NCBI GenBank assembly: GCA_963820525.1
Contig: CAWGAA010000001.1
Location: forward strand, 480,001-544,000
Length of the DNA: 64,000 nucleotides
Origin: an uncultured Spirochaetota bacterium
GTDB lineage: Bacteria; Spirochaetota; Spirochaetia; SZUA-6; Fen-1364
Reading direction: 5' to 3'
Positions 42,100-52,190 of this stretch are shown here, in pieces (the stretch's first letter is position 1; each line of letters starts with the position of its first letter). Position numbers and translations under genes: made by a program. The notes under the pieces are model-generated. The model saw only the letters and a program-made list of their open reading frames with translations, did not search any database and had not been told where the DNA came from.

Positions 42100-42426
42100 T
42101 CACGTGATCCGAACGGCGATCTCCCGCGGAAACTCCGCTTCCAGATCGCGCAAGCCCTGCAGGAGAAAATCGGTGACTCCCCGAAGCCATTCGGGGCTCG
42201 CTTTCCCCCGCGAGGATATTTTCAACCTCATCTCACCGGGGGCATCGGCCCCCCCCTCGACCTCGAGGCCATCCACGGTGCTCAACAGGCGGGCGGCTGT
42301 TCTCAGGAGCTCGGTTGCCGCGGCGCACGGGATGTTTGCCCCCATCGGGGCGCCAAGAGCGTGGCCGAATGCCCGAAAGGAGGCGAGGCACCGATCCGCC
42401 GACAGCTCCATGACAACCGTGATCAC
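42100..42426 (-). CDS. prp: Prp-family ribosomal-processing cysteine protease
   Basis: Between rplU and rpmA; GHA...NIPCAAA keeps His/Cys. Confidence 0.8.
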   Translation of the reverse strand: MITVVMELSADRCLASFRAFGHALGAPMGANIPCAAATELLRTAARLLSTVDGLEVEGGADAPGEMRLKISSRGKASPEWLRGVTDFLLQGLRDLEAEFPREIAVRIT

Positions 42427-42435
42427 GGCACGTGA

Positions 42436-42753
42436 TCAGCCGAGGCCCTGGATACCTTCCACCTTGATCAGGGAATACTGCTCACGGTGGCCCGCATGAC
42501 GCCGGTAGTTCTTCTTCTTCTTGAACTTGCCGATCGCCACCTTCCTGCCTTTACCGTGGTCCTCGATCACCGCCTTGACGGTGACTCCCGCGAGATAGGG
42601 ATTTCCGATCCGCGTCTTTTCTCCATCCGAGATCATGAGGACGGAGGGAAACTCGACGGGGCTGCCCTTGTCCTTCTGGACATGATCCACCTTGAGGACG
42701 CTTCCCTGCTCGACTTTGTACTGCTTGCCGAGAATCTCAACGAGGGCGTACAT
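42436..42753 (-). CDS. rplU: 50S ribosomal protein L21
   Basis: MYALVEILGKQYKV, GNPY, GHR. Confidence 0.97.
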   Translation of the reverse strand: MYALVEILGKQYKVEQGSVLKVDHVQKDKGSPVEFPSVLMISDGEKTRIGNPYLAGVTVKAVIEDHGKGRKVAIGKFKKKKNYRRHAGHREQYSLIKVEGIQGLG

Positions 42754-42852
42754 ACGTGATTACCTCATCATCAGGAATCTATCGATCGGCGCGCCGGCCG
42801 CAGGGATGCCTCCCCAGACAAAAAGGGCGGCGCATCGCCGTCATCACGCGCT

Positions 42853-42882
42853 ACTCTACGTATTTTCGCCCAAGAAAGTCAA
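42853..42882 (-). promoter_or_regulatory. Sigma70 promoter of rplU operon
   Basis: TTGACT-18 nt-TAGAGT, followed by a ~100 nt leader. Confidence 0.5.
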
Positions 42883-43334
42883 GTGGTGGTATCGTCGGGG
42901 GGAGAGAGGAGGATCTTGTACTCGTCTTCCGAGATGATGTGCTCCTGCTCCATTCCCTTGGACTGCGACAGCGAGGATCTGATGTCCCCGATGTCACGGT
43001 CATGGACATCCCTCATCTGCCGAAGGTTTTCGAGGGAGCCGGAAAGGTACTCCGCGAAGGCCACCCGCTTGTCCAGGATGGCGTCCAAAAGCTCGACGAA
43101 GGCGCGCTTCAGCCTCTGCATCCCCTTGAGGTACTCGTGCCTCTTCACGAAGAAAGGGCCGCCGGCCAGCGATTCATAGATGCGCCGGATCGCCCCGTCG
43201 ATGAAGCGGATGTCCCCCTCGATCCTGTCGCGGAAGAACTCCGGGTCGATCTCGAGCTTCACGATATCGGAGAGCCCCCGGATGAGCAGCGAGAGGCTGA
43301 AGATATCGTCCTCGTAATTGATCTTCTTGGTCAT
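42879..43334 (-). CDS. Hypothetical helical protein
   Basis: 151 aa, plausible composition, AGAGG before ATG. Confidence 0.75.
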   Translation of the reverse strand: MTKKINYEDDIFSLSLLIRGLSDIVKLEIDPEFFRDRIEGDIRFIDGAIRRIYESLAGGPFFVKRHEYLKGMQRLKRAFVELLDAILDKRVAFAEYLSGSLENLRQMRDVHDRDIGDIRSSLSQSKGMEQEHIISEDEYKILLSPPDDTTT

Positions 43335-43370
43335 AGCCCTCTTCTATGTTCGGTCGATCCGGCGGCTCTC

Positions 43371-43400
43371 TTGACAGGGAGCCTCTCCCGGTGGTAGCTT
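43371..43400 (+). promoter_or_regulatory. Sigma70 promoter of rpsF operon
   Basis: TTGACA-18 nt-TAGCTT with TGn extension. Confidence 0.55.
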
Positions 43401-43480
43401 GCCTCTTACCTCTTTATCTCGCGGGCCCGGATGGCACGTCCGCCATGGCGCCGCGAGATCATATGTCCAGAAGGAGGACA
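43401..43480 (+). promoter_or_regulatory. Structured rpsF leader, candidate S6:S18 autoregulatory element
   Basis: ATCTCGCGG (43416-24) pairs with CCGCGAGAT (43451-59), inner ATGGC/GCCAT stem, then AAGGAGG. Confidence 0.45.
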
Positions 43481-43488
43481 CAACGCGA

Positions 43489-43770
43489 ATGAAGACCTAT
43501 GAAGCCGTCGTGATTTTCACGAGCGACGAGAACCAGCTTCGCGAAGGACGAGAGTTCATCAAGAAGGAGTTCGAGGCCTCGGGAATCACGATCACCAAGG
43601 AAGAAGACATGGGCGACCGGCTCCTCTCCTACCCCGTGCGCAAGAACGACAGGGGCCATTACATGCTCTACGTCATCGAAAGCCCCGCCGAGCCCTTGAA
43701 GGGCCTGGCAAAGACGTTGAAGCTCCGGTCCGAGATATTGAAGTTTCTCCTTGTCCGCCAGAACGCCTGA
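43489..43770 (+). CDS. rpsF: 30S ribosomal protein S6
   Basis: MKTYE, GDRLLSYPVRK, GHY, ILKFLLVR. Confidence 0.95.
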   Translation: MKTYEAVVIFTSDENQLREGREFIKKEFEASGITITKEEDMGDRLLSYPVRKNDRGHYMLYVIESPAEPLKGLAKTLKLRSEILKFLLVRQNA

Positions 43771-43790
43771 CCGAATCGGGAGGTGTCGCC

Positions 43791-44219
43791 ATGGCAGATG
43801 TCAATCACGTCGTGCTTGTGGGAAGACTCACCAGGAACGCCGAGTTGAAATACACCAACAACGGATCCCCCGTGAGCAAGTTCAGCATCGCGATCAACCA
43901 GCGGCGCAAGAAGGACGACCAGTGGACCGATGAGGCCCATTTCTTCGACATTGTGCTCTGGGGAAAGAGCGCGGAATCCCTCAACCCCTACCTGGTGAAG
44001 GGAAAGCAGGTGGGAATCGAGGGGCAGCTGAGGCAGAACCGCTGGGAGCAGGAAGGGCAGTCGAGGAGCAAGGTGGAGATCTTCGCCACCAATGTGATGC
44101 TCCTGGGCGGCAAGGGAGCCGCGGCGCCCGCCGAGGCCCCCCAGGGCCAGGAGCCCAAGGAGTTCCCGGAGGGCTCGCCCCCCCCTGCCGACAATTTCGA
44201 AGACGATATTCCCTTTTAA
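43791..44219 (+). CDS. ssb: Single-stranded DNA-binding protein
   Basis: [12 protein letters not shown]-terminal DDIPF. Confidence 0.97.
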   Translation: MADVNHVVLVGRLTRNAELKYTNNGSPVSKFSIAINQRRKKDDQWTDEAHFFDIVLWGKSAESLNPYLVKGKQVGIEGQLRQNRWEQEGQSRSKVEIFATNVMLLGGKGAAAPAEAPQGQEPKEFPEGSPPPADNFEDDIPF

Positions 44220-44248
44220 GAACTGAAAGAGAGAGAGGAAACACGGAC

Positions 44249-44656
44249 ATGTCGGATACTACCAATCAGAATCCCCCCGAAAGCCGCGAAGCGCCGGCCG
44301 TCCCCGTATCGGCCCCCGCCGCGGGCGAGAGGCCGGAGAGACCGCCGGAGCGCCCAGACAGGCAGGATCGTGGAGATCGCGGAGACCGGGGCGATCGCGG
44401 AGAGCGCTCGGACCACGGCGGCTACCAGGGCAGGGGAAGGCACAAGACCTTCTTCAAGAGGAAGGTATGCAAGTTCTGCATCAAGAAGGCCACCATTGAC
44501 TTCAAGGACGCCGCGGGGCTGAAGCGCTTCACCACGGAGAGAGGCAAGATCATGCCGCGGCGGATCACGGGCACCTGCTCAAAGCACCAGAGAGAGCTGG
44601 CCCGGGCGATCAAGCGGGCCCGAACCCTGGCGCTCCTCCCCTACACTTCTCGGTAG
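44249..44656 (+). CDS. rpsR: 30S ribosomal protein S18 with N-terminal extension
   Basis: [27 protein letters not shown]. Confidence 0.95.
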   Translation: MSDTTNQNPPESREAPAVPVSAPAAGERPERPPERPDRQDRGDRGDRGDRGERSDHGGYQGRGRHKTFFKRKVCKFCIKKATIDFKDAAGLKRFTTERGKIMPRRITGTCSKHQRELARAIKRARTLALLPYTSR

Positions 44657-44719
44657 AGTGAAAGCTGGAGGCCCGGCCGGAGGGAAGAGGCGGACCGCCT
44701 TCTCCGAGGCCGGTTCTGG

Positions 44720-45733
44720 ATGTATACGACGCCTTCGCGCGGCAGATTGCTTGAGACCTTTCTCTTCGCCGTCGCCTCGGTTCTGCTCTTCAACCTGGGC
44801 CTGGGGGAGCTCCTTTTCCTGATCCCTCTTCAGATAGTCGTGGTACGACGCGGGCAGCGCGGGCTTTTCTGGAGCGTGGCCTTTGCCCTCGCCCTTTTTG
44901 CGGGATACTTCTCGTTCCGCTTCTTTTTCGTTTCCGGGCGGGACCCGGCGGCCGGGATGCGTTCGCTCATTGAGATTACACCTGCGGTTCTGCTGATGCT
45001 CGGCCTCGCCGTTGCCAATCTGGAGCGCGCCAGGCGGCAGCGTACCCTTGCGAGGCTCCTCGCGGCCACGGCCCTGGCGGGGCTGCTGGCAATCCCGATC
45101 ATGCTGCTTCTTCCGCTCCTGCCCGATTTCTCCACGGCGATGAGCGGGATCTTCGCCGATCTTGCCGACCTGCTCCAGAAGCTGACCGCCCCGGCGAGCC
45201 CCGCTGCGGGCTCTCCCTTTGCCCAGCTTCTCCAGCCTGCCTCCCTCATGCAGATCGTGAAGGAAACACTCCTGCCCACCTTCCTCCTCTACTACTTCCT
45301 CATCCTCGCATTTGCGTGGTGGATCGGGTCGCTGATCGGGCTTCGCACCCTTCGCCTCTCGGCAGAGCGGGCGACGGTGCCCCGGCTCTCGGGGTTCCGC
45401 CTGGAGAGCTTCTACCTCTGGCCTCTCATCGCCTCGGGCGCGCTGGTGCTCCTCGACCTCGTCGCCGACATTCCCATTGCCAGGTACGTCGGTTGGAATG
45501 TCGGCCTCGTGGTCCTTCTCCTCTTCGGCCTGCAGGGCATGGCCATCGTACGGTTCATATTCGAGAAATACCGCCTGCCGCGAGGCCTGTGGGTTCTTTT
45601 CGTCATCATGATCGTGATATTGCTGGGCTCCCCGCAGATCGGCTTCGTCACGATGATCGTGATCCCCGCTTTTGGAGTTTCTGAGAACTGGATACGCTAT
45701 CGGATACCGGCTGATTCGCCGGCGGATGAATAG
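44720..45733 (+). CDS. DUF2232/YybS-like integral membrane protein
   Basis: Multiple transmembrane helices, LQGMAI; sits between rpsR and rplI. Confidence 0.75.
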   Translation: MYTTPSRGRLLETFLFAVASVLLFNLGLGELLFLIPLQIVVVRRGQRGLFWSVAFALALFAGYFSFRFFFVSGRDPAAGMRSLIEITPAVLLMLGLAVANLERARRQRTLARLLAATALAGLLAIPIMLLLPLLPDFSTAMSGIFADLADLLQKLTAPASPAAGSPFAQLLQPASLMQIVKETLLPTFLLYYFLILAFAWWIGSLIGLRTLRLSAERATVPRLSGFRLESFYLWPLIASGALVLLDLVADIPIARYVGWNVGLVVLLLFGLQGMAIVRFIFEKYRLPRGLWVLFVIMIVILLGSPQIGFVTMIVIPAFGVSENWIRYRIPADSPADE

Positions 45734-45801
45734 GGCTGGGCGAAGCGGCCGAGACGCGATTGACGGGCCGCCGCCGAAATGAAGGAAGGAGTGCACGCAC
45801 G

Positions 45802-46263
45802 ATGAAGATCATTCTCTATCAGGACATTGTCGGGCTCGGAGAGGAGGGGGACATCAAGGACGTTGCCAACGGCTATGCCCGCAACTTCCTCCTGCCCAAG
45901 AAGCTGGCCGTCCGCCACACCAAGGAAAACCTTGCCGTCCTCGCGCACAGGATGGCGGCCATCGAGAAGCGCAAGGAAGACAAGCGCAAGGAGGCCCTCG
46001 GGTTGAAGGAGCGCCTGGAAACGGAGGAGATCACGTTCTCCATGCCGGCCGGAGAGAACGGCAAGCTTTTCGGCTCGGTGAGCAACACAATGGTAGCCCA
46101 GGAGTTGGAGAAGAGGGGATACCAGATCGAGAAGAAGCGCATCGAGATCCCCGACCACACCATCAGGGCCGTGGGGAACTACAAGGTGCACATAAAGCTC
46201 TACGACAAGGAAGAGGCGACAGTGAAGCTGATTGTGGAGGGATCAGCCCAGAGCCAGGGCTGA
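45802..46263 (+). CDS. rplI: 50S ribosomal protein L9
   Basis: GYARNFLLPKKLA, GKLFGSV; ATG 45802 after AAGGAG. Confidence 0.96.
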   Translation: MKIILYQDIVGLGEEGDIKDVANGYARNFLLPKKLAVRHTKENLAVLAHRMAAIEKRKEDKRKEALGLKERLETEEITFSMPAGENGKLFGSVSNTMVAQELEKRGYQIEKKRIEIPDHTIRAVGNYKVHIKLYDKEEATVKLIVEGSAQSQG

Positions 46264-46269
46264 GACCCC

Positions 46270-47592
46270 ATGCCCTCCCCCGAGAACCTCAAGGATGGCG
46301 TTCCCGTCCACAATGACGATGCCGAAATGGCCACCCTGGGGGCGATCCTCATCGATCCCGAGGCGCTCCCCACCGTCAGCCACCTCCTGAGGGTAGAGGA
46401 CTTCTACAGAAGCGCCCACCAGAAGACCTACGAGGCGCTCCTGGCGCTCTTCGACCGGGGCCAGTCGGTGGACCTCATCACGCTTGCTGACGAGCTTCGC
46501 TCGCGCGGCACCCTGGAGCAGTGCGGCGGCGTCGCATCCATCTCGCGGCTCACCTCCGCCGTTCCAACCTCGGCGAACATCGAGTACTACGCCCGCATCG
46601 TCCAGGCCGCTGCAATCAGGAGGAGCCTCAACCGCATCTCCCAGGAGATCATCGCCCAGTCCCACGACGACTCCAAGGAGATCCGCGTCATCCTGGAGGA
46701 GGCTGAGCGGAAGATCTTCGAGATCTCCGACAGGCACCAGACCGGCACCTACTACGCGGCCAAGGAGATCGTCACCCGGACCTTCGACGCCATCGAGAAG
46801 CTCTACCACTCCAAGTCGGAGTACACGGGAATCCCTTCAGGCTTCAAGGAGCTGGACAACCTCACCTACGGGTTCCAGAACTCCGAGTTCATCGTCATCG
46901 GCGCCCGTCCGTCGGTGGGAAAAACGGCCCTCGCCCTCACGATGGCCGCGAACATCTCCATCAGACAGAAAGTTCCCGTCGGGTTCTTCAGCCTGGAAAT
47001 GTCGAGCATGGCCATCATGCAGCGCCTTCTCGCCATGGAGGCGAGGCTGGACTCCACCCGGCTTCGAACCGGCATGCTCAAGGCGCCGGATTTCAGCCGC
47101 ATCACGGAAGCGTGCGGAAGGATCTACGAGGCTCCCCTGTTCATCAGCGACTCCTCAGACCTGAAGCTCCTGGACCTGCGGGCCCAGGCCCGAAGAATGA
47201 AGAGCCAGCAGGACGTGAAGATCGTCTTCGTCGACTACCTCACCCTGATCTCATCCGACAACCAGGACCTGCCCCGCCACGAGCAGATCGCGGAGGTCTC
47301 CCGGTCCCTGAAGTCCCTCGCCCGCGAGCTCGCCATCCCCGTGATCGCCCTCTCCCAGGTCAGGCGCGAGACCGAGGGAAAGAGGCCTGCTCTGGCGGAC
47401 TTGCGGGAATCCGGCTCCATCGAACAGGACGCCGACGTCGTGATCTTCATCCACAGCGATGACCTGAAGTCCGCCGAGCGCGAGATCATCGTGGCCAAGC
47501 AGAGGAACGGCCCCGTGGGCGAATTAAAGCTCGCTTTCCTCAAGGAGTTCACCAAGTTCGAGCAGCTGGAGCGCGGACCCGGGATGGCGTAA
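46270..47592 (+). CDS. dnaB: Replicative DNA helicase
   Basis: GARPSVGKT, FFSLEM, VDYL, LRESGSIEQDAD, KQRNGP. Confidence 0.97.
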   Translation: MPSPENLKDGVPVHNDDAEMATLGAILIDPEALPTVSHLLRVEDFYRSAHQKTYEALLALFDRGQSVDLITLADELRSRGTLEQCGGVASISRLTSAVPTSANIEYYARIVQAAAIRRSLNRISQEIIAQSHDDSKEIRVILEEAERKIFEISDRHQTGTYYAAKEIVTRTFDAIEKLYHSKSEYTGIPSGFKELDNLTYGFQNSEFIVIGARPSVGKTALALTMAANISIRQKVPVGFFSLEMSSMAIMQRLLAMEARLDSTRLRTGMLKAPDFSRITEACGRIYEAPLFISDSSDLKLLDLRAQARRMKSQQDVKIVFVDYLTLISSDNQDLPRHEQIAEVSRSLKSLARELAIPVIALSQVRRETEGKRPALADLRESGSIEQDADVVIFIHSDDLKSAEREIIVAKQRNGPVGELKLAFLKEFTKFEQLERGPGMA

Positions 47593-47703
47593 GTCTCCCG
47601 CAGATGTTATACTCACCGTCGGAATTGCCCGGCGCGTCGGAGGCACGCGGTATCCTGCCCGCGCAGATGAGACAGGAAGGCCGCCTCCAGGAGGGGGATC
47701 GCA

Positions 47704-47997
47704 ATGGCTCTGAGAGATGAATACGATTTCGAGAACCTCATCAACGAGGCGGAAACCCTCGTTTTGAAAGAGCTCGAGGCGCAGCTGGCGGAAGCTTCCG
47801 GCATCTGCACGTGCCAGGATTGCGTTCTCGACATGGCGGCCTTCGCATTGAACAACGTGAAGCCCTACTACCGCGTTTCTCTCATGGGAACGCTGTATGC
47901 CCGCGCCACGACCGATGAGACGGCCTACGGCCGCGAGATAAAGAAGGCGGTGGGAGAAGCGATCAAGAAGATAAGCTCAAACCCCTCTCACGACTAA
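47704..47997 (+). CDS. ComFB family protein, short form
   Basis: NEAETLV, CTCQDCVLDMAAFALNNVKPYY; TGnTATACT at 47605-47613 upstream. Confidence 0.85.
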   Translation: MALRDEYDFENLINEAETLVLKELEAQLAEASGICTCQDCVLDMAAFALNNVKPYYRVSLMGTLYARATTDETAYGREIKKAVGEAIKKISSNPSHD

Positions 47998-48053
47998 AGC
48001 GGGCGCGGCGGAAGGCAGCCGCAATTCCCGCCGGCCTGCGGCATCGGGGCCCC

Positions 48054-50165
48054 TCAACGCGGCGCACTGCCGCCGCTGGACAGGCTCACCCGATAGAGCG
48101 TGGTATTCTCCACGGCAACCCCGTTTTCCAGCACGCTCACCAGCGCGGCAGCTCCATCTGAAGCCGCGAACTTCCCGCCCGGCATGATCAGACACCATTC
48201 CTTGCTCGCGAACAGGTAAATCTCGCCGAGGAGCTTCTGGGAAGTGGGATCCCAGAGACCGACCGTGGAGTCGTCGTTCAGCGCGTAAAGGAGGCCGCCC
48301 TGCGTGACGAGCCTTCTGGGCACGGCGTCCACCGGGGGGAATTTCCCGAGGGAGCTTCCATCCCAGGTAACGATGCGATCGTATCCCAGGGAAGAGTAGA
48401 GCACGCCCCGGCCGGAGTCCACGGCTATCGTCGCCGAGAGGTCATCCTCGGGGTAGCTCGAGAGGATTGTCTGCTTCTCGAAATCCTTTCCCGAATTGGC
48501 GAAGAGGTCCGTCCTGCCGTCCTTGTCCACTCCGATTGAGTAGAGGATCCGTCGCGCGGGATCGAAGGAAAGCTCGTAGGTGAAGATGCTCGCGCTCGGG
48601 ATGACCACCGTCTCTCCCGTGTCCGTGTCAATGGAAAGCAGAGAGCCCTCCTCCCCTCCCGCGGAGCTTCTGGCGCCCACCAGGCGCGACGGGGAAACCA
48701 TGACGATCCGGTTCGTCCCGGGGGCCCAGACTGAAAAGCGCAGGGTCGCGGAAGAAAGATCGATCAATCGGACCATGCCGCCTTTCTCGAGAGTGGCCAG
48801 GCGGTTCCCCTTGGGCAGTGCCTGCGTCAGGGGACTGGCGAACCCCGAGAAGCCGGGCGTAAACGATCCGGTTCGCGGATCCAGGAGCCCGTAGGCCCCC
48901 GCGTCGCCCGTCTTGCTCCATACCAGGAGCCTGCCGTCATCGAGGAAAGCGAGCCCGGAGGCAGATCGCAGGGGGTTTGCGAGCACGTTCGGCTTGAGGG
49001 CTTCAAGAGAGCCTTGGCCGTCCGAGCTGAAGAGCCAGATCCATTGGTCGCTCGACACGGCCAGCATGCTTCCTCCGACGGCGATTCCCGCCGCGTCGGC
49101 AAGCTCGTCCTTCGCGACAAGGCTCGGTCCGCCTGCCGGCGGAATGAGCTTGAGCTCTCCCTTGGCTCCGGCGGCGAACAGCTCGTCTCCCGCATAGCGC
49201 ACGAGAGAGAGCGATGCAGGGGCGCCGGGGACGGCGCCCGCGGCGCCCTGCGGCTCTGCCGCCGGCCCAGGGGCGGCGCGATCTCCGGGCACGAGCCGAT
49301 CCGAAGCGATGCGCCAGAAGGTGAGGGAAGCCGGGGCATCACCTCCCGTCAGGCAGGCGATCTCGTCGCCCTTGGCGGAGATATCCTCCGAGATCACCCC
49401 CGAAAGCTCGGTTCGGGATTTCACGGCGCCCGACAAAAGATCTATCAAGAGCACCTCTTTGCCGGTAGTGCCCAGGAGGTAGCGCCTGTCACGAGAAGTC
49501 CGCATGTGGGAGAGAAGCGCAACGCTTCGCGCTTCCTTTATCAGGCTGCCCGAGGCGAGGTCCCAGTACGCGATACGCCCGTTGGGCTGATAGGTCATGA
49601 CGGTCTTTTCGGTCTTGGAGATCTCCGCGAAGCTCACGATTCCAAAGCCTTCCGGATGGAAGGGAACCGGCGTTCCGGCTGCCGCATCGATGATCCGCAA
49701 GCCTTGCCAGTAGGGGACGCCGAAGACGAGGTAGCTGCCCGCCCCGGAATAGCGGAGGAAGAGAGGCTGCTCATCGAGGGGAACGCGGAAGAGCATCTCA
49801 CCGGTATTCCAGTTCCATGCGCTGATGTCGAAGAGACTGATGCCGTCGGTTTCCAAAACGGCGAACTCGGCGGCGGTGGGGCTTATCGCGATCATCGAAG
49901 CGCCATGGTGGCCGACGCGTACGATGCGGGTGAGCCGCCGGTTGGCGAGGTCCCAGATCCGCACGGTCCCGTCTTCTCCCGTGGTGAACAACCGGCCTCC
50001 CGCCTCGTCGTACTCCATGGAGAGCACGGAGCCCTTGTGGCCCGTGTCGACGATGGCGTTCGCGCCCCCTTCGGCGATGCCCGAGGAGAAAACGGCAGCG
50101 GGACCGAGAGCGGCCGACAGCCCCCAGAGAAGAAGGCTCATTGCGACACGGCGGCCGGCCTGCAC
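48054..50165 (-). CDS. Secreted WD40/beta-propeller protein
   Basis: Signal peptide; GHKGSV...TTGEDGTVRIWD; repeated blades. Confidence 0.75.
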   Translation of the reverse strand: MQAGRRVAMSLLLWGLSAALGPAAVFSSGIAEGGANAIVDTGHKGSVLSMEYDEAGGRLFTTGEDGTVRIWDLANRRLTRIVRVGHHGASMIAISPTAAEFAVLETDGISLFDISAWNWNTGEMLFRVPLDEQPLFLRYSGAGSYLVFGVPYWQGLRIIDAAAGTPVPFHPEGFGIVSFAEISKTEKTVMTYQPNGRIAYWDLASGSLIKEARSVALLSHMRTSRDRRYLLGTTGKEVLLIDLLSGAVKSRTELSGVISEDISAKGDEIACLTGGDAPASLTFWRIASDRLVPGDRAAPGPAAEPQGAAGAVPGAPASLSLVRYAGDELFAAGAKGELKLIPPAGGPSLVAKDELADAAGIAVGGSMLAVSSDQWIWLFSSDGQGSLEALKPNVLANPLRSASGLAFLDDGRLLVWSKTGDAGAYGLLDPRTGSFTPGFSGFASPLTQALPKGNRLATLEKGGMVRLIDLSSATLRFSVWAPGTNRIVMVSPSRLVGARSSAGGEEGSLLSIDTDTGETVVIPSASIFTYELSFDPARRILYSIGVDKDGRTDLFANSGKDFEKQTILSSYPEDDLSATIAVDSGRGVLYSSLGYDRIVTWDGSSLGKFPPVDAVPRRLVTQGGLLYALNDDSTVGLWDPTSQKLLGEIYLFASKEWCLIMPGGKFAASDGAAALVSVLENGVAVENTTLYRVSLSSGGSAPR

Positions 50166-50175
50166 CTCTTCCCTC

Positions 50176-50817
50176 CTATTCGACCCGCCTGAGAGAGACG
50201 TAGGGAGGAACGCAGAAGTCCGTGAACGGCTCCTCCCCGATCCTGTTATTCAGGTCCGCAGAAATCTTGCTATAGATGTCCCGTCCCAGCCTGGCCACGG
50301 CGACCTCCCCCTTGCGCAATCCGCTCATGTGGAAGACGAGCTTGCCGTTTTCCTCCCCGCTGTACAGGATGGTCACCTCCCTATCGCGCTCGCCCGGCTC
50401 CGCCTCCGCATCCGCCGAGCCTGCCGAGGATCGCGTGAGGAGATAGTACTTCATGATCTCGATGACACGGTCGTCGAGGGCTTCGCTCACGATGCGAAGC
50501 TTCTCCGCCAGCTCGGCAAAACCGATGACGACGCGCCACGGCTTTCCGATGTCGTAGGAGAGCTTCCCTCTGAGGTAGGACACGCGGTCCAGCTCGGGAA
50601 CGAAATAGATATCCCGGTCGGCCTCCGCTCCCGAAAAGAGGCAGGGAAACTCGAGTGTCAGCCGCTTGCCGCACAGGGGACAGGCGACGCTCATGAAGTC
50701 ACCGGAAAGCACCTGGGCAACGACGCCGGGTTCGGCGGCGAGGTCCACCGAGTCTGGGATCTCGGCCTCGAATGTGTTTTCGCAGAAACAGGAAATCGTG
50801 CGTTTCGTCGTATTCAT
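50176..50817 (-). CDS. CpXC-domain (putative zinc-binding) protein
   Basis: ISCFCE...CPLCG. Confidence 0.7.
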   Translation of the reverse strand: MNTTKRTISCFCENTFEAEIPDSVDLAAEPGVVAQVLSGDFMSVACPLCGKRLTLEFPCLFSGAEADRDIYFVPELDRVSYLRGKLSYDIGKPWRVVIGFAELAEKLRIVSEALDDRVIEIMKYYLLTRSSAGSADAEAEPGERDREVTILYSGEENGKLVFHMSGLRKGEVAVARLGRDIYSKISADLNNRIGEEPFTDFCVPPYVSLRRVE

Positions 50818-50819
50818 CC

Positions 50820-52190
50820 CTACCGCCCCAGGAAGTAGAGTATATCACTAAAGGTGATGAAGAGCGCCAGAGTGACCAGAAGCGAAAGCCCGATGAACTG
50901 GACCCTTCCGATAGTCCGAGGACGCACCGCCCTTCCCCGCGCGATCTCCACGAGGAAGAGCAGGATCTGGCCGCCGTCGAGGGCGGGCAGCGGGAGGAGG
51001 TTCATCAGGAAGAGCACGACGCTGAGAAACGAGAGGAAGCGGAAGAAATCGACGATCCCCTGGCCGAAACCGAGCTGGAAACCGCTCGTGGCCGCGCTTC
51101 CGATGTAGTAGGTGATGCGAAGAGGTCCGGCCACCGCGTTCTTGATGTTGATGCCCTGGAAGAGAAGCCCGATCCCCTTGACGGTGAGGGAGACGGTCAT
51201 CACGCATTCATCGACGCTTCTGAGCAATGCCCCGCCCAGACCGAGGCGGGGAGAGCGGTAGACGGGCAGGGCCCATTCGATGCCCAGATTGGCAGCCTTG
51301 TCCTGCCGATAGTCGGGGATGATCTGGATGCTTCGCTCGGCCGCCTGTTCCGGGCCTTCCACGCTGAAGGTCACCGAATGGGGCATAGCGGAGAGAAGCT
51401 GGTACAGGTCCGTGGTGTTCCTGATCTGCTTGCCGTCCACCGCGGTGATCCGATCCCCCTTTGCCAGGCCGGCGAACGCCGCGGGGCCGCCGCGGGTCAC
51501 ATCGGCAACCACGGGATCCAACCAGGAATAGACCCCGATTTTCCCCGCCCCGTCGTTCTTGTCCAGGATCGGGGTGACGGGTATCCGCAGGGTTTCAGAT
51601 CCTCTCTGGACCGTGAAGAGGAGCCTCTTGCCCGCGGACAGGGAAACGACACCGACGAGGTCCTGGAACTTTTCAACGGGCTTGCCGTCGATATCCACGA
51701 CGCGGTCGCCCGTTTTCATGCCCGCCGTGGTGGCGGGAGGAGTGGAGGCGAAGCTGTCCAGCGTGTAATCCGAGGCCAGCACGATCCTGTTGTCCGCGGA
51801 GAAAATGCGGAAGCCGGCCCACCAGATCAGCGTGAAGATCAGGAGCGCCGAGGCGACATTGAACAGCGGACCGGCGGCGGCGATGACGATCCTGCGCCAG
51901 GGAGGCGCCGCGAAGAAGGAGCCTTCCTCCTTGGGTATCTCGGAGAGATTCTCCAGCTGGGCGCGCCGCAAAAGGTCGTCGCCCTTCATCTTGCAGTAGC
52001 CGCCGATGGGAAGCCAGGAGATCTGGTACCGGGTGCCCCCGCGGGTGAATCCCACGAGCTTCGAGCCCCAGCCCAGGGAGAACACCTCCACCTCGACCCC
52101 GTTCGCCTTGGCCGCGATGAAATGCCCGAGCTCATGAATGAAGATCATGAGCCCCAGCCCGAAGATGCCTATGAGAATCGTGAATATCAT
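50820..52190 (-). CDS. rseP: RIP metalloprotease RseP
   Basis: HELGH, AAGP, two PDZ regions, NLLPLPALDGG. Confidence 0.95.
   Translation of the reverse strand: MIFTILIGIFGLGLMIFIHELGHFIAAKANGVEVEVFSLGWGSKLVGFTRGGTRYQISWLPIGGYCKMKGDDLLRRAQLENLSEIPKEEGSFFAAPPWRRIVIAAAGPLFNVASALLIFTLIWWAGFRIFSADNRIVLASDYTLDSFASTPPATTAGMKTGDRVVDIDGKPVEKFQDLVGVVSLSAGKRLLFTVQRGSETLRIPVTPILDKNDGAGKIGVYSWLDPVVADVTRGGPAAFAGLAKGDRITAVDGKQIRNTTDLYQLLSAMPHSVTFSVEGPEQAAERSIQIIPDYRQDKAANLGIEWALPVYRSPRLGLGGALLRSVDECVMTVSLTVKGIGLLFQGINIKNAVAGPLRITYYIGSAATSGFQLGFGQGIVDFFRFLSFLSVVLFLMNLLPLPALDGGQILLFLVEIARGRAVRPRTIGRVQFIGLSLLVTLALFITFSDILYFLGR

Noticed and set aside
46270..47592. Intein in DnaB
   Set aside because: 440 aa with contiguous motifs; no insertion
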